Source: Agathobacter sp. (lineage in GTDB: Bacteria > Bacillota > Clostridia > Lachnospirales > Lachnospiraceae). Taken from it: a stretch of 64,000 bases of DNA. Position 1 is the stretch's first letter; the number at the start of each line of letters is the position of its first letter. The notes under the pieces are model-generated. The model was not told the origin of the DNA. It did not search any database and worked only from the letters and a program-made list of their open reading frames with translations. Location of the stretch: positions 6,189 through 70,188 of the forward strand of contig JAFUPI010000003.1 in assembly GCA_017481285.1 (NCBI GenBank), in the 5' to 3' direction. Positions 61,182-64,000 of this stretch are shown one piece after another. The position numbers were made by a program, and so were the translations under genes.

Positions 61182-63086
61182 ATGTTTTTAGGGGTACAGA
61201 TAGTTTCTATAGCAGTTTTGCTATGTATTATGATTGGTTATTCTGGGTTGAGAAAGCTGCCAATCTATTCTACAAAGTGGTATGGCAGATTTTTGTTATG
61301 CGGATTAGCGAATTTTGTGTTGGAATCATTTTCATTACTGACATTATATGAAAAATTGCCAGCAGAGTGGAATCGTTTCTCACATCAGTTATTCTTTTTA
61401 TCTTTGGTTGGGGTGTTGCATTGCTTCCTGTTATTTATTGATATCAAAGGAAGAAATCAGAAGCGATATACGGTGAAGGAACTTTTTATGCGTTCTGCAC
61501 CATTTTGGTTTACCGTTCCAGTCGTTTTATTCGGTGAAGTAAATTATTATATTGATGGTGTGGTTCGTTATTCCTATGGTTCCATGGTTACAGGGATATC
61601 GCTGATTGCGGCAATGTATTTTGTGTCATATATTTTGCTGGTTTACCATTTTAGAAAAATTCTAACACAGCGCGAAATCGCTACATTTGTTTATGTATTT
61701 ATTTCCATTATTATTATTACCTTAATTCAGATGTTTGTGCCATTCCTTTTAATGACTTCTATGAGTGTGGCACTTATGGCAATGAATATATTTATGACTT
61801 TTGAAAATCCTCGTGAACATGCAGATTTAGAGGTGCTGCATTCTTTAAATAAAAATGCGTTTTATACCATGGTAAATGAGTATGTTCAGAGAAAACAGGA
61901 GTTTTACATTGTCAGCATGACCTTGACAAACTCCCAGATTTTAAAGGATGCGAAAGGCTATAATGCGACTGTGGCATATATGGAGGATGCGGCTCTTTAT
62001 ATGAAGCAGTACGCGAATACAGATCTTATTTTTCATCCTAAGAGAGATTGGATTAGCCTTGTGTTTGCCGATAAAAAGAAGTATTACGCTTTTATGGAAG
62101 AGCAGAGAGAACTTTTCCAACAGGAAGGACACAATGAACATGGCTCTGCCAAATTTATGATGAGTATTTTAAAGTGTCCAGAATTTGCGGGCAGTTTAGA
62201 TGAAGTCGTGAAGATTTTGGATTATGTAGATAAAATCAAGAGTGAGATTAAGGACAAAATTCTTCGCATTGATGAGACGATTTTGGAAGAAAAGAATCAT
62301 TTTGCTCAAATTGAAGCTGTGGTACAGAAGGCAATCGAGGAAGATGGTTTTGATGTATATTATCAGCCTATTTTTTCTAATAGCAAAAAGGCCTTTGTTT
62401 CTGCTGAAGCCTTGGTTCGTTTGAGAGATACAAAAACAATAGGATATATTTCGCCAGATGTGTTTATCCCGATTGCAGAAGAAAATGGTATGATTCATGA
62501 ATTAGGAAATATTGTATTCCGAAAGGTTTGCAAATTTATTAGCGAAAATAATCTTGCATCTTACGGTATTCAGTATGTAGAAGTAAACCTATCTGGTGCG
62601 CAGTTTATGGATGATAAATTGAACGAAATTCTTTCCTCCTATGTGAAGGAGTACAATGTTCCACCGGAATTTATCAATTTGGAAATCACGGAAACTGCTT
62701 CTATTGAAGCAGCAGCTATGCTGGAATATAATATGCACCGTTTAAAAGAATGTCGTTTCAAGTTTTCTATGGATGACTTCGGAACTGGTTATTCCAACTT
62801 AGCAAAGATTGCCCAGTCAGACTTTGATTTGATTAAGCTGGACAAGAGTCTTCTGTGGCCTTGTTTCGAAAAAGAAGGACAGAAAGAAGCTCGTATTATC
62901 TTAGAATCTTCTGTAGATATGATTTTGAAATTAGGAAAATCGATAGTTGCAGAGGGGGTAGAAACAAAAGAACAGGTAGATTACCTGACAGAGCAGGGAG
63001 TAGAGTACTTGCAGGGATATTTCTTCTCTCGTCCACTTCCTGGGGAAAAATACCTCGCCTTTATGAAGGATAATGATTTAGTTTAG
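61182..63086 (+). CDS. Membrane-bound EAL phosphodiesterase with degenerate GGDEF domain
   Basis: About 7 TM segments; AEALVR, DDFGTGYS and EGVE intact; no GGDEF motif. Confidence 0.88.
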   Translation: MFLGVQIVSIAVLLCIMIGYSGLRKLPIYSTKWYGRFLLCGLANFVLESFSLLTLYEKLPAEWNRFSHQLFFLSLVGVLHCFLLFIDIKGRNQKRYTVKELFMRSAPFWFTVPVVLFGEVNYYIDGVVRYSYGSMVTGISLIAAMYFVSYILLVYHFRKILTQREIATFVYVFISIIIITLIQMFVPFLLMTSMSVALMAMNIFMTFENPREHADLEVLHSLNKNAFYTMVNEYVQRKQEFYIVSMTLTNSQILKDAKGYNATVAYMEDAALYMKQYANTDLIFHPKRDWISLVFADKKKYYAFMEEQRELFQQEGHNEHGSAKFMMSILKCPEFAGSLDEVVKILDYVDKIKSEIKDKILRIDETILEEKNHFAQIEAVVQKAIEEDGFDVYYQPIFSNSKKAFVSAEALVRLRDTKTIGYISPDVFIPIAEENGMIHELGNIVFRKVCKFISENNLASYGIQYVEVNLSGAQFMDDKLNEILSSYVKEYNVPPEFINLEITETASIEAAAMLEYNMHRLKECRFKFSMDDFGTGYSNLAKIAQSDFDLIKLDKSLLWPCFEKEGQKEARIILESSVDMILKLGKSIVAEGVETKEQVDYLTEQGVEYLQGYFFSRPLPGEKYLAFMKDNDLV

Positions 63087-63151
63087 AATCGAGTTTTTTT
63101 AAATCTATGAATAATTCTTGGCTCAGTAATATGATTTTACCGAATGAGTGA

Positions 63152-63307
63152 GAAATGGACCTTATCATATATTAAATGAACACCTTTAGCGGGCCGTCGT
63201 TACTTAATGAGCAGACCACTGTCTTGTGGGATGCGAATTTAGTAAAGTAACGAGCACGCGAAGAGCAAAAGTCGTGTGTGAATTTAATATATGATAAGGT
63301 CCATTTC
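63152..63307. ncRNA. Candidate structured RNA/DNA element, copy B
   Basis: 26-bp perfect stem enclosing a core shared with copy A. Confidence 0.5.
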
Positions 63308-63344
63308 GTAGTTATTAGATTAATTACATTACTGAGCGAAATAG

Positions 63345-64000
63345 TTATAATACTTTAGATAGAAAATCTTTCGCTCTTGCAGTCTTTGGATTTGAGAAGA
63401 ATTCTTCAGGAGAAGCTTCCTCCATGATCTTGCCTTCATCGATGAAAAGTACGCGGTTTGCAACTTCTTTTGCGAAGCCCATTTCGTGGGTAACGATAAT
63501 CATGGTTAAGCCTTCTTCGGCAAGAGATTTCATCAGGTCTAATACTTCTCCAACCATTTCTGGGTCAAGCGCACTAGTAGGTTCATCGAAAAGAATCACA
63601 TCCGGATTCATCGCAAGGGAGCGAACGATGGCTACACGCTGTTTCTGACCACCAGAGAGGGTAGAAGGGTAAACATCTGCTTTTTCTTCTAATCCAATTC
63701 GTTTCAAAAGATTCATAGCATTTTCTTTTGCATCTGCTTTGATTTGTGCCTTTGTAGTAGTGATAGCTACAGGGGCTTCTTTTTTGTCCGCAGATTTGAA
63801 AAGATTCGTAATTGGAAGCAGAAGGTTTTTGCGTTTGGCTTTATTGAGTTCCTGAGTCTGAATATGAACAGGAGCTAACATAATGTTTTCAATTACTGTT
63901 TTGTTGTTAAAAAGATTAAAGTGCTGGAATACCATGCCCATTTTTCTACGATGTACATTGATGTCTACACTAAAATCTGCAATGTCTACGCCATTGAAAA
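63345..64000 (-). CDS. Polar amino acid ABC transporter ATP-binding protein (5' end outside window)
   Basis: [41 protein letters not shown]. Confidence 0.9.
   Translation of the reverse strand, partial: FNGVDIADFSVDINVHRRKMGMVFQHFNLFNNKTVIENIMLAPVHIQTQELNKAKRKNLLLPITNLFKSADKKEAPVAITTTKAQIKADAKENAMNLLKRIGLEEKADVYPSTLSGGQKQRVAIVRSLAMNPDVILFDEPTSALDPEMVGEVLDLMKSLAEEGLTMIIVTHEMGFAKEVANRVLFIDEGKIMEEASPEEFFSNPKTARAKDFLSKVL

Overview
Chromosomal window from a spore-forming Clostridia-class bacterium (gene content suggests Lachnospiraceae; inference). Most of it is ordinary housekeeping DNA: recJ, galK, hisC, pcrA, rlmD, rsmH, eno, transporters and two GntR/YtrA-type loci. The main accessory feature is a 14,120-bp element (3917-18036) bounded by a 9-bp direct repeat GTACAGGGG. 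It splits a sleC-like spore cortex-lytic enzyme gene; precise excision restores the frame (…EWYRGKGYNF…). The element carries a large serine recombinase, an HUH Rep-like protein, a DUF3990 gene pair and secreted proteins. The most unusual observation is at the rejoined element ends. They form an in-register array of three 60-bp attP-like sites with shared inverted arms but different central dinucleotides (GT, TT, CT). This array is also translated in frame as a 76-aa C-terminal extension of the recombinase that can exist only in the excised circle. Other oddities are a ~575-bp imperfect palindrome (31654-32228), two copies of a structured element with a covarying core inside locus-specific long stems (56963-57114, 63152-63307), and an open but catalytically gutted LacZ-like gene. 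All calls come from reading motifs by eye; no database searches were run.
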